A stretch of 64,000 bases of DNA from an uncultured Gemmatimonadales bacterium (lineage in GTDB: Bacteria; Gemmatimonadota; Gemmatimonadetes; Gemmatimonadales; GWC2-71-9), in contig CAVSLV010000003.1 of the NCBI GenBank assembly GCA_963728915.1, positions 1 to 64,000 on the forward strand, written 5' to 3'. Position numbers and translations under genes: made by a program. This document shows, one piece after another, positions 9,144 through 19,949 of the stretch. The notes beneath the pieces were generated by a model. It was not told where the DNA came from. It searched no databases and was given only the letters and a program-made list of their open reading frames with translations. The first letter of the stretch is position 1. Each line of letters opens with the position of its first letter.

Positions 9144-9267
9144 CTATGAGAGCGATTGTCAAGGACACACGCTCTCTCTCCTGATCGCGACGGCGCTTTT
9201 TCCGTGGCAATCAGCCCCGCTCGTTGCTTCGGTCTCGAGCGCTGGCGTGCCTGGCCCCGCGGGGCAG
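9144..9267 (-). mobile_element. Remnant right end of a second IS110-A copy
   Basis: 124 nt matching 5215-5338 with 2 mismatches; same attC junction. Confidence 0.92.
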
Positions 9268-9894
9268 CTCCGCCAAAAGGGTCAGCGACAAGACCCGTCC
9301 CACTCCGGGCACGCTTTGGAGCAGGTCATCCCGCTCGCGCCACGCGGGCGACTTCCGGACCAGGGCCCCGAGATCGCTGTCGGTACTCTTGAGCTCGCGT
9401 TCGAGATAGGTGATGTGCGCGGTGAGACTCTTCCGGACCGCCCCCTTGCCCCTGCCGAACACTTGGCCCAGCCGGTTACGCTCGGCACCGAGCATCTCCA
9501 GGAGCTGCCGCCGCCGGGCAAGGAGCGCCTCCACCTCCTGGGCGTCGGCGTCGGCGATCGGGCGCACGGTGGGGCGGACCCGCTCCGCACAGAGGGCGAG
9601 GAGGTCGGCATCCAGTTGGTCGGTCTTGGCCAGTTGGCCCGTGCTCCGCCCGAAGTCCCGGACCTGCCGCGGGTTCGCGACCACCACCGGCAGCCCGGCG
9701 GCCACCAGCGCGGCCACCCCGAGGAGTTCATAGCCGCCGGTCGCCTCGAGCACGATCAACTGCGGGGTGATCACCCGCAGCCGTTCGACCAAGGTCCGCA
9801 CGCCGCGCTCATCATTGGCCACGATCCACCGCTCTGCCGTGGGGTGGACGGCAACCACCAGCTCCGCCTTCGCGACATCAATCCCGACGAACAT
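9261..9894 (-). pseudogene. Truncated IS110 transposase B
   Basis: GIDVAK, LEATGG, KTDQLDA, SVPGVG present; breaks at LLAELP before the serine motif. Confidence 0.9.
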
Positions 9895-9914
9895 GGCCCT
9901 CTCCCTGGTGACCG

Positions 9915-10055
9915 TCGCCCCGGCCCATCCTTGTGAGAATTCGGGCTCCCTGGCCCCCGCAACTGTTCGGGCTCCTGCGACGATAGATTGGGACGCCGCT
10001 CCGGCTAACGCACGGTGTATCTCACCCAGACCGCAACGAGCTGGCGCCCCAACCA
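9915..10055 (-). ncRNA. Candidate bridge RNA of IS110-B
   Basis: Target loop with TGCGGTCT and TGCGTTAG matching attC R'; donor loop with ACAGTTGC and ACAAG. Confidence 0.75.
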
Positions 10056-10126
10056 GAATGGCGGCAACCTTCTCAAAGAGCTAGATACAAGACCACAGCC
10101 ATTGATCGAGTTGGGAGGACAGACAC

Positions 10127-10780
10127 TTGGCCAGGTCACTCAGCGAGGTCGGCTACAGATGTGGCGTAACCGCATTCGCATTTGCTGTCGGGTACGACGT
10201 GGTGCAGATCCTGCAGGTCGTCGGGCTCTTGGGCTTTCCGTACGACGAGATTCTTATCTACGGTACCTCGCTCGGGATTGTCGTTCCCTTTGTCCTCGCG
10301 ATCCTCGCATTTCATTACCTCACTCCTCGCGACAAGCAGTTCTGGAGCCACGGCGCATTGGTGTTTGCCATCATCTATGCCGTGTTTGTGACCGCTAACT
10401 ATGTCGTCCAGCTGGCCACGGTCGTCCCCGCCCAAATGCGGGGGGAGGCGCCTGGTCTCCTTGAGCAGACACCCCACTCCCTGTTCTGGAACTATGATGC
10501 GATCGGCTATATCTCGATGGGTATGGCAATGCTCTTGGCCCTGCCGGCCCTGAGCAAGACAGGGATCGAGAAGTGGGCGCGGTGGGCCCTACTCGCCAAC
10601 GTCTGCGTCACGCCCCTGATCAGTGTTGTCTATTTCTACCCGACCTACTCGACACGCCTTCTCTTCCTCGGGTTTCCTTGGGCCGTGACAGCGCCTTTCG
10701 CCATGTTGATGCTGGCCAAGACCCTTCGAAGGAGAACTGTGGAGCAGCAGCGCGGCAATGATCGAGCAGCTGTGGTCTAA
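10127..10780 (+). CDS. Integral membrane protein (cassette)
   Basis: RBS GGAGG plus TTG; about 6 hydrophobic segments; stop in attC R''. Confidence 0.8.
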   Translation: MARSLSEVGYRCGVTAFAFAVGYDVVQILQVVGLLGFPYDEILIYGTSLGIVVPFVLAILAFHYLTPRDKQFWSHGALVFAIIYAVFVTANYVVQLATVVPAQMRGEAPGLLEQTPHSLFWNYDAIGYISMGMAMLLALPALSKTGIEKWARWALLANVCVTPLISVVYFYPTYSTRLLFLGFPWAVTAPFAMLMLAKTLRRRTVEQQRGNDRAAVV

Positions 10781-10893
10781 CCCGCAATTGCTGCTGTCGG
10801 AGCCTGAGCGTTTCGGCCGCCGTCAGGTATCTTTGGGCTGAATGGTCGGCGGCGGCCTCAGCAGGCCCCGCAGCGGAATTGCAGACGTTAGAC
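10775..10893 (+). repeat. attC site 9
   Basis: GTCTAAC...GTTAGAC; resembles attC 2. Confidence 0.88.
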
Positions 10894-10942
10894 GACACAG
10901 AAGTGCGACCTCGCACCGACCGCCAGTTAGGGACAACCGAGT

Positions 10943-12073
10943 ATGACCATGACTCAGCTGCTCCACTAGTAGTCGTCGCCGGTCTATTGGGCGGCTGCGC
11001 GAATGCGGCACACAATGCACACCTCGCCAGTGACGACGCGCGCGTCGCCGCCGACCTCGCCACCCGATTCGATTCACTGCGACGTTCCGAGCGCATCCCC
11101 GGGCTGGCGGTCGCCATATTGCGAGACACCACGCTGGTCCTGGCACGCGGCTTTGGCCTTGCTAATGTCGAAGCACAGATTCCGGTGACGCCCGACACGC
11201 CGTTCAATATTGCCTCCGTGAGCAAGCCCATCTCCGCGGTCGTGGCGTTGCGCCTCGCTCAGGACGACGTCTTGGACCTGGATCGGCCGATGCGGCGGTA
11301 TCGAGGCTTTGCCGAATTCTGCGCCGCGGCTCGTGAAGGCGGGCGGCATCTTCTTCGCTGATTTCGCGTGCGGGGGCGATCGGCTCACCCTTCGTCACGT
11401 CCTGTCGATGACCGCGAATGGCGAGCCCGGAACTCGTTTCTGGTACAACCCGCCTTCCTACTCATGGGCTTCCCGACCGATGGCTGAGGTCACCGGTCGC
11501 ACATTCTCCGATTTGGTGGACTCGTTGGTCTTCCGCCCGGCCGGCATGAGGCACGCCGCGCGGACGAACCGCAACTTGCCGCTCCCCGCCGAGGTCGCCG
11601 AACGCCTCGCCGTGCCGTACCATATTGACTCCGCCGGGCGAGTCGCCCGCTCGGAACCACCGCCACCACAGGGTGACGGTGCAGCGGGGGGAGTCATTGC
11701 AAGTGCCTTGGATCTGATGGCATTCGACATCGCGTTATCTGACGGGCGGCTTCTCCAACCCGCGTGGCGGGCGCGATTGTGGAAGCCGGCGCGGACCCCG
11801 TCCGGTGGCACCCTTCCCTACGGGCTTGGATGGTTTCTCGGCGCGATCCAGGGGCGACGGGTCGTCTGGCACACTGGGCTTTGGGAGGGGCGGTATTCGG
11901 CCCTGTACCTGAAGGTGCTGAATGACCGCCCAGAGGACCGGCTTACGCTCATCCTTCTGGCAAATAGCGATGCGCTTCAGTGGCCGACGCGGTTCGACGA
12001 AGCGGCCGTCGAGCGCTCGCCATATGCGATGGCGTTTCTCAGCGCCTTCCCGGCAAAGGGCGCCACCCGCTGA
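10943..12073 (+). pseudogene. Serine hydrolase (beta-lactamase/AmpC-like family), frameshifted near the start and near 11330
   Basis: IPGLAVAI, FNIASVSK (SxxK), YGLGW and WHTG spread over two frames. Confidence 0.8.
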
Positions 12074-12099
12074 CACCCAGGGCCCTGGTGGGTGGTGTC

Positions 12100-12163
12100 C
12101 CCTAACCCGCGCTTGGAGCCGACGAGGGCGTGGGCGCCGCAGCTCAAGCGCAGGACGTTAGGC
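12100..12163 (+). repeat. attC site 10 (short)
   Basis: CCCTAAC...GTTAGGC. Confidence 0.85.
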
Positions 12164-12196
12164 GGCCATACTCCAAGCCCTAACAAAAGCAACGCC

Positions 12197-12658
12197 ATGC
12201 GCAATCCCGCCGGCTGGCCTCGAAGGGTTCCGCGTTCTGGCGACCAACCTGCCGATCTTCACTCATACGGGGGATTCCCGGCAAATCCGCGCTGGAGCAA
12301 CTGGGTTCCGGACGTTGTGTCCGCGGCGCACTACTATCGTGATACGCTCGGCTTCTCCTTCGAGCGCTTCTGGGGCGAGCCACCCGCCTTTTGTATGGTC
12401 CAGCGGGGCGGAGTCGTCATCATGCTCGCCCAAATCGATGACCGCGCCCTGGTGCGACCGAATAACCTCGCCGGACCTGAGGGCGGCGCCTGGGACGCGT
12501 ACGTCTGGGTGCCCGATGCCAGTGCCCTGCACGCCGAGTTTCTGGCCAAGGGAGCGACAATCGCCCGTGGTCTCTGTGACCAGGAGTACGGTTGCCGCGA
12601 CTTCGACGTACTCGACGGCAACGGCTACCGCCTCTGCTTCGGCCAGAACCTCGTGTAA
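12197..12658 (+). CDS. VOC/bleomycin-resistance family protein (start uncertain)
   Basis: YYRDTLGF...DQEYGCRDFDVLDGNGYRLCFGQ. Confidence 0.8.
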   Translation: MRNPAGWPRRVPRSGDQPADLHSYGGFPANPRWSNWVPDVVSAAHYYRDTLGFSFERFWGEPPAFCMVQRGGVVIMLAQIDDRALVRPNNLAGPEGGAWDAYVWVPDASALHAEFLAKGATIARGLCDQEYGCRDFDVLDGNGYRLCFGQNLV

Positions 12659-12672
12659 GACACGGCCCCGCG

Positions 12673-12844
12673 GCCTAACCCAGCCCTTGCGCCCCAGCGG
12701 GCCTGCAACCGAAGGAAAGGATTCATTTGAGCGGCGGACCTGGGTCCGCAGACTGAAGACACAGCCACGACGTCTGCCCCACTAGCAGGCGCCCTGGCGC
12801 GGCTGCGCCGCACGCCCCGGCAGCTCAAGTGCAGAGCGTCAGGC
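12673..12844 (+). repeat. Degenerate attC site 11
   Basis: GCCTAAC at 12673; canonical right arm 12797-12844 ending GTCAGGC; unrelated middle. Confidence 0.6.
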
Positions 12845-12860
12845 AGCACCGGTTTGAAGC

Positions 12861-13406
12861 GTGATCTTTCACTTCACAGCCCGCGAGTCCTCCATGATGG
12901 CTCAACCTTATCGGCAACACCTCCCTGCGCAGCCAGTCCTTTCAGCCATCGCCGCGGCCCTTTTCCTGACAGCTTGCGCCACCAAAGGACCAATGAACGA
13001 CCCCCAGTTGACCGACTTCGGCAATCGTTACGCAGCCGCATGGAGCAGCCAAAACCCCGATAGTCTCGCCGGGTTCTACGCGGAGGATGGCTCGCTGACT
13101 GTGAACGACGGCCCTCCCTCGGTTGGGCGGGCGGCCGTGCGGGCCACGGTCCAGGGATTCATGAGCGGGTTTCCGGATATGCGGGTCCGGATGGACTCCA
13201 TGGTCCGAACGGCCTCGACGGTGCGTTTCCATTGGACCTGGACGGGTACGAACACCGGTCCAGGTGGCAACGGCCGGTCCGTGCACATCAGCGGGTATGA
13301 GGAGTGGACCTTCGCGCCAACCGGCCTGATCGCCCAATCGCTGGGCCACTACGACGAAGCGGAATACCAGCGGCAGATGGCGGGCGGAGGCGGGACCTCC
13401 CCGTGA
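12861..13406 (+). CDS. SnoaL-like/ester cyclase lipoprotein
   Basis: LTAC lipobox-like; FPDM, FHWTWTGTNTGPGG, GYEEW. Confidence 0.82.
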   Translation: MIFHFTARESSMMAQPYRQHLPAQPVLSAIAAALFLTACATKGPMNDPQLTDFGNRYAAAWSSQNPDSLAGFYAEDGSLTVNDGPPSVGRAAVRATVQGFMSGFPDMRVRMDSMVRTASTVRFHWTWTGTNTGPGGNGRSVHISGYEEWTFAPTGLIAQSLGHYDEAEYQRQMAGGGGTSP

Positions 13407-13901
13407 CCTTGCGCGGGCGCCTCGGACCTTGGCGACATGCTCGCGTCAGCACCTGACAGACCACCGACGACGGATGTTGCGGTGGCCGCAACGCGCTACG
13501 ATGGCGCAACGCTGCGAACAACGGAGGAGGCGCGCGATCGGGCCAGCAGATCCGCGCCGCCGAGTTACGTCGACGCTTCGTTGATGGCCCCGTGCTGACG
13601 ATGCCTGCCGGGGGCAGCGGCACCTCCGACACCAGGGGCAGCGTCGGCATTCCGGGCGTCGGTACGGTGTTATTCAACAACTTCGCCCTGTCCGTGCCGG
13701 TCACCGGGCCACTCGAAGGGACCACGCTGCAAGGAAACGGCTGGAGCGCCACCCTGAACCCCGGGGAGGGTGGTGCGACCGGCGGCACGTCCCGGCTCGT
13801 TTGCGATCGTTCGCGAACAATAGTCCGTGCCGGACAGGATGGCGGCGCATGCCGCGCGCGCCGTTTACCCGCCGGGCCTGGATTCCTGCATCGGAGATAC
13901 C

Positions 13902-15178
<1,277 letters not shown>

Positions 15179-15288
15179 CCCCACCGCGGCGGCTGACCGG
15201 GGCGTGAGCGCGTCGCAGCAGCGCAGAGGATGCGTCCGCGCTGGAGGCCGTAGCCGCCGAGTCCATTCACAGCGGGAGAGGAAACAGC

Positions 15289-15726
15289 ATGCTTCGCTGT
15301 ACACCGTTCCTACTCTTTGACGGTAACTGTGCTGAGGCAATGGGCTTTTACCACGGCTGCCTCGGTGGCACTCTCGTTCTGAGCAAGCTCGGCGACACGC
15401 CGATGAAGGCCCAGTTTCCGCCAGAGAAACACGGCCGGATAATCAACGCACAGCTCAAAAGCGGCGCCATCGAGATCTCGGCGACTGACTGGATGGCCTC
15501 GCCAGCGTTTGAGCCGATCCGGGGCAACATGTCGGCCATTTTTGTGCAAAGCAGCGACGATGAGGCGCTCAGGCAGGTCTTCGACCGGCTTGCGGTGGGC
15601 GCGGAACGCGATCGGTTTCAGGACCTGCACGCGCTGCCATTCGGCACCTACGGCCAGTTCTATGACCAATTCGGGGTGCAGTGGATCTTCCGTGGCGAGG
15701 GTCCCTCCTCGCCGGGCGCCAGCTAG
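15289..15726 (+). CDS. VOC family PhnB-like protein
   Basis: PFLLFDGNCAEAMGFY...DQFGVQW. Confidence 0.85.
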   Translation: MLRCTPFLLFDGNCAEAMGFYHGCLGGTLVLSKLGDTPMKAQFPPEKHGRIINAQLKSGAIEISATDWMASPAFEPIRGNMSAIFVQSSDDEALRQVFDRLAVGAERDRFQDLHALPFGTYGQFYDQFGVQWIFRGEGPSSPGAS

Positions 15727-16189
15727 TTGCGGTCGAACTCTCGAGCGCCGGGTGATCCGGATGAATTCTCCACGGATGCGACCGTCCGATTCCTCAACGT
15801 GGAGGGCCGTCGGCAGCTGCTCGCCTCGATCGGCACTTCGTACGAGCCCCGGGACTTGCCCCCAGCTTTTCAGATCGATGGCCGCCAGGTCGCGGTCACG
15901 CTGCGCGTTGACACCAACACCGGGACGGTCTGTGCGGTTGGGCGCCCTGTTCTGGTACTGTCCATTCGGGACCGGCGGGCGACGGCCCTGGCAGGCGCCG
16001 GTGCCGACCAGCTCCCAGGGCTCCCCCCGTCCGTCGCAGGAACCGGTGCGATCCGCTGCCTAACCCCCTTAAGCAGGATCTTGTCAAGTAGGCGTACGAA
16101 GATCGCGCGGTATAAGCCGCGGGGTTTGCTGAGAGATGAGTGCGGGCGTGGCGCCGTTCGGTATCGATCGTCGACGACCGTCACCGGGT

Positions 16190-16350
16190 GACGGTCAAAC
16201 ACCCTTCGGGGCTCTACTCCGCTCGCGATGAGGGGAGCGGAGCGCGATCAACCGATCGCGTCCCAGATCTTGACCTCGGCATGACCGTCGGGCTTCCCAA
16301 TCACGCGCCGGGACTCCGCCTCGAGTCCAGTTAGGCAGAGGGGCTTGCCC
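16190..16350 (-). ncRNA. Candidate bridge/seek RNA of IS110-C
   Basis: Loop with CTGCCTAAC and GCGCGTG flanking a GGACTC/GAGTCC hairpin; matches the attC R'' target. Confidence 0.7.
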
Positions 16351-17347
16351 GCCGGGGCCACCGCGCTTGTTTCTGCCGCGTGAGCGGCGTGCCTTTGAAC
16401 TGCTGGTTGAAGTCCACTTGGTCGTGCAGCACGACATAAACACTTTTCGCGAGCTCCTTAGCGACCAAGGCTCGAGCGATCCGAATCGGCTTCTTCCGCT
16501 TCCAGCGCTGATACCACTGGCGGACTTCGGGGAAATACTGAATCGCGCGGACCGCGGCGTGGCTGAAGACCAGCTTGAGATACCGATTGCCGTCCTTGCT
16601 CGCGCGGTGGCGTTGGTGGCCCCCGGAGTCGGCCGCGCCCGGGACCAGCCGACAATAGGACCAGAAGTGCCGCACGGTGGGAAACCGTTGGATGTCGTCG
16701 ATCTCGAGCGCGACCGTGAAGGCGACGATCCGGCCGATGCCCGGAATCCAGAGGAGGCGTTGGATCGCCGGCGTTTCGAGCAGGTCTCCCTGAATGGCGC
16801 GCTCCAACGTGCGGATCTGTTCGGTGAGGAGCGCGATCTGGCCGAGTTGGAGCTCGGCCTGCAAGAGATAGAGGGGCGGCAGCTCGCCGGGGCCCTGGAC
16901 GTTGAACTTCTCGAGCAGTCGGTCCAGACTATTCTTGGCGCGACTCCGACGTTCGACCAGACGAAGTCGGGCGCGTAACACGTCGCGGGGGCCCCGTTGG
17001 GACTCGGCGATCATGTGGGCCTCGGGGATGAGGCCGGTCCGGAGCAACTGGGCCAGGGTGGTGGAATCGACCGCATCGGTCTTCACTTTGGCGTAGGCGA
17101 TGGCTTTCAAGAACTTCGCATGCGCTAAATGCAGGTCAATGCCCTGGGGCGCCAAGAGGTCTCGGAGCCAGTACCAGCGTCCCGTCGCTTCCACGACGGC
17201 CCGATGCGGGCCAGGAAACTGAGCGAAGTAGGCGGCAATGGTGCCGCGGTCATTGGGCAGAGTGACCTGTCGGAGCCGTTCGCCGTCGGTGGTCAGCGTG
17301 GTGAGGACGGAGCTCGCGCGATGTTGATCGATGCCGGTGTAGAACAC
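16331..17347 (-). CDS. IS110-family transposase/recombinase C
   Basis: GIDQH, VEATG, KTDAVD, IPGIG, ADSGG, GNRYLK motifs. Confidence 0.95.
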   Translation of the reverse strand: MFYTGIDQHRASSVLTTLTTDGERLRQVTLPNDRGTIAAYFAQFPGPHRAVVEATGRWYWLRDLLAPQGIDLHLAHAKFLKAIAYAKVKTDAVDSTTLAQLLRTGLIPEAHMIAESQRGPRDVLRARLRLVERRSRAKNSLDRLLEKFNVQGPGELPPLYLLQAELQLGQIALLTEQIRTLERAIQGDLLETPAIQRLLWIPGIGRIVAFTVALEIDDIQRFPTVRHFWSYCRLVPGAADSGGHQRHRASKDGNRYLKLVFSHAAVRAIQYFPEVRQWYQRWKRKKPIRIARALVAKELAKSVYVVLHDQVDFNQQFKGTPLTRQKQARWPRRASPSA

Positions 17348-17552
17348 GGAAGGCTCCAGGCGATGATCGATGATCCTAACCCGATCCGCTTGGAAACATC
17401 ACGCGCTTGGAGCTGGCGAGCGTGGGCGACAGCAGCCGGCGGGTAGGGCGTACGCCCCGGCGGCCTTCCGCGCGCCGGGACGTGGCGAGTTGAGCAAGAA
17501 GAGCCAGGGATGCCTAACCCGAGCCAGGCAACAGCGACCTATATTATCTGTA

Positions 17553-18260
17553 ATGGCCCCGTTGACCGGTTTTCGATCACTGCTCGTTTGCTCCGAGCTC
17601 GTCATCCTCTTCTCGGCTGCCTGTGCGGATTCCCTCACCGTCGAGACCGGGACCCAGATCCCGCCCGAGCCCGCGTTCCAAATCGAGCCCGCCAATCCCA
17701 ACTTGACCGCCGGCGGGTCCCTCCAGTTTCGGGCTCGTTCCAGGACCGGGGCCGAGCTCCCGGTTCACTGGCGCCTCCAAAATCCTGAGTTCGGCTCGAT
17801 CACCAGCACCGGTCTCTTGACAAGCTGCTGGGCCACCGGAGTCACACCGCTCACGGCCATTCTCCAAACCGATTCCACCAAGCAGGCCACGACCCAGATT
17901 ACCCTGGTGCAACCCGCCGTTGCCCTGGTCTCCGTAGCCTCCCTTTACTACGCCTCCAACGCAGCCCCTGCACGGCTTGACTCCATTGCCGGTGGGATCG
18001 ACGCAAGCGTTACCGTGGCGGCGGGAATGATGATCTGCCGGGAAGTAACTTCCGTCCGTCTCGAGCTTGTCGGGCCCGCCTCGGTCACGTTGCTTGGCCA
18101 AGCGACGTTTGCACCCGGTCTCACCACCAACACAACCCTCACCTTCCACTGGAACGCCGGCGCCGTCTCGCCAGGGCCCTACGGCTTACGAGCCGTCCTA
18201 ACGATTCGGGATCATGGCGACATCACCTCATCGGCGACACCTCTTCAGGTCACCCCCTAG
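17553..18260 (+). CDS. Putative Ig-like domain lipoprotein
   Basis: SAAC lipobox-like; Thr-rich beta-type sequence. Confidence 0.6.
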   Translation: MAPLTGFRSLLVCSELVILFSAACADSLTVETGTQIPPEPAFQIEPANPNLTAGGSLQFRARSRTGAELPVHWRLQNPEFGSITSTGLLTSCWATGVTPLTAILQTDSTKQATTQITLVQPAVALVSVASLYYASNAAPARLDSIAGGIDASVTVAAGMMICREVTSVRLELVGPASVTLLGQATFAPGLTTNTTLTFHWNAGAVSPGPYGLRAVLTIRDHGDITSSATPLQVTP

Positions 18261-18554
18261 CCCCGTCTCCAGCATTGCTGGTTCCGGCGGCATGTTGCAT
18301 AACCCGTTCTTGGAGCTGCGCCGGGCGTGGGCACGGCAGCAGCAGCCACACGGTATATTGGACCTGCCGGCGCAGGGCGTACGGTGACATCCGCTGGAAA
18401 CCGAGTCGGGGCCAGGGTCCCATGATTCCCATGCCGGTCTGCCTGGTTGTGCCGCTCGGATTCCTCCCCTTGAGACGGGTGCTCATTCCAACCCAGGCGG
18501 TGTCGATGGCGGACACGACATCACATGCGACCCGCGTTGCGGACCCGTAGGCCG

Positions 18555-18914
18555 ATGCCGCCGCCCACTCCATCAGCCGCCCTTCGGGCCCACTTTCACG
18601 GTCGAGCGGCCAATGTCGTCGAGACCTACGCCGCCCTGCTGACCGCGGTACGACGCCTGGGGCCGGTGAAGGAAGAGCCGAAGAAGACATCCATTCATCT
18701 CGTCCGCGAATCGGCCCTTGCCGGCGTCGCCACCCAGAAGAGCGCGCTGATCCTGACGCTGAAGTCAGCGACCAGATTGCAGAGTCCCCGCATCCGGAGA
18801 CAGGAACAGGCTTCCGCCAACCGCTGGCATCTCGAGGTGCGGCTCACCCAGCCCGGAGAGGTTGATCCGGAGCTCCGTGGCTGGCTGGCGGCAGCCTATC
18901 ACCTCGCGGGTTAG
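18555..18914 (+). CDS. DUF5655-like protein
   Basis: EEPKKTSIHL...EVDPELRGWLAAAY. Confidence 0.75.
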   Translation: MPPPTPSAALRAHFHGRAANVVETYAALLTAVRRLGPVKEEPKKTSIHLVRESALAGVATQKSALILTLKSATRLQSPRIRRQEQASANRWHLEVRLTQPGEVDPELRGWLAAAYHLAG

Positions 18915-19012
18915 GCTCCCCCTTGTCTCCCCCTCATCGCCGGAACCCGGCTGCGCGGGATATCTTACCTGCCTGGGTCGCGGCAACGCACCCCATGGAG
19001 TGGACGGTGAAC

Positions 19013-19768
19013 ATGGCACGCAGACTTGCGTACGGCGTCATCTTGTTTGCCGCTGGTCTGGGCCGCCCGCTCCGGGCCCAAGCCCCTGTTCTCGAGCTCG
19101 ACCACGTTTATATCGTGGTACAGCCTCCGGCTTCACGGGCCGCCGAGGCTATCCGCCGTGCCGGTCTCACGGTTGACACGACTCTTCAGCGACATGCGGG
19201 CCAAGGAACGGCTTCCATGGCTGCCTTCTTCGCCAACGCATATCTCGAACTCCTTTGGGTCGACTCGGCGACCGCGGTCGACTCCGCCCATGCCGATGAT
19301 CTGAAGGATTTCTCCCGGGCAGCCTCCTGGCGGTCCACCGGCGCCAGTCCCTTCGGGCTCGGTCTCCATTTCCTCACCGGCACGCCGACCGACCTGCCAT
19401 TCCCGGTCCGCCGCGACCCTGCTCCACACCTCGGGCCGACCTCGGCCTACCTCCTCCTGCGCCAGCCTGCCGAGTCTCTGGCCGCAGACCTGTTCATCAT
19501 GCCGGGACCGGCTGCCGTTACGGAGTGGCTTCGCCGCTATCGGAGCCGACGCCCCGACCTCTTCACGCACGCCCTCGGCGCCGGCCAGATCACTCGGGTC
19601 CTCATCTATGGGTCGCCGGCCAACCGTCCGCGGGCCGCGGACGTGGTCTCTTCGTCGATAACCTTCGAGCCGGCCGGGACTCAGTACATGGTCGTGGAGT
19701 TCGACGGCGGCCTCCAGGGCCGCGCGTGGGATCTGCGCCCGGCTCTCCCGTTGGTGCTCCGACGCTGA
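19013..19768 (+). CDS. Glyoxalase-like (VOC) exported protein
   Basis: LELDHV...HAGQGT...NAYLELLW. Confidence 0.75.
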   Translation: MARRLAYGVILFAAGLGRPLRAQAPVLELDHVYIVVQPPASRAAEAIRRAGLTVDTTLQRHAGQGTASMAAFFANAYLELLWVDSATAVDSAHADDLKDFSRAASWRSTGASPFGLGLHFLTGTPTDLPFPVRRDPAPHLGPTSAYLLLRQPAESLAADLFIMPGPAAVTEWLRRYRSRRPDLFTHALGAGQITRVLIYGSPANRPRAADVVSSSITFEPAGTQYMVVEFDGGLQGRAWDLRPALPLVLRR

Positions 19769-19949
19769 CCAGCGCTGCCGAAGAAAACGCGCTGGGGGGC
19801 AGCGATTCCGCCAATCGGTGCGCGAAGGAGAGGCTGAGACGGTTGCACCGACCATGAGGCCGAGCAGTGGTCCGGACGGGTCTGCGCGCCGGCAGCCCAC
19901 GGTATATTGGGTCTGCCGAGCGTGAGGCCGCTCCCTCCACCACTGGACC

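Larger units (their letters stand above)
9261..10089 (-). mobile_element. IS110-family element B (IS621-like, upstream non-coding end), 3'-truncated
   Basis: Left end reads CT-TGTATCT on the minus strand; about 195 nt of non-coding region precedes the transposase. Confidence 0.85.
822..12844 (+). mobile_element. Integron-type gene cassette array, no intI in window (CALIN-like or distal part of a chromosomal integron); eroded sites continue to about 20.6 kb
   Basis: About 10 imperfect palindromes bounded by RYYYAAC and GTTRRRY separate 1-2 gene units; each cassette's first 7 nt are complementary to its terminal R'' box. Confidence 0.92.
16066..17399 (-). mobile_element. IS110-family element C (IS1111-type)
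   Basis: Sub-terminal IRs AAGCAGGATC (16071) and GATCCGCTT (17383); about 265 nt downstream non-coding end. Confidence 0.88.
16058..17440 (+). repeat. attC left arm split by IS110-C (GCCTAAC 16058-16064; resumes ACGCGCTTGGAGC at 17401)
   Basis: Removing the IS restores GCCTAAC(C/A)CGCGCTTGGAGC as in the other attC sites; no clear R'. Confidence 0.75.

Noticed and set aside
10943..12073. Bona fide antibiotic-resistance beta-lactamase
   Set aside because: Only generic serine-hydrolase motifs are present, and the frame is broken.
822..12163. Repeats read as a CRISPR array or REP elements
   Set aside because: The units are 64-122 bp, divergent, separated by whole genes and bounded by attC R boxes; no cas genes are present.
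13407..13900. ORF 13592-14134 as a real gene
   Set aside because: It has no clear start and overlaps the better-supported 13902 ORF; at most a decayed fragment.
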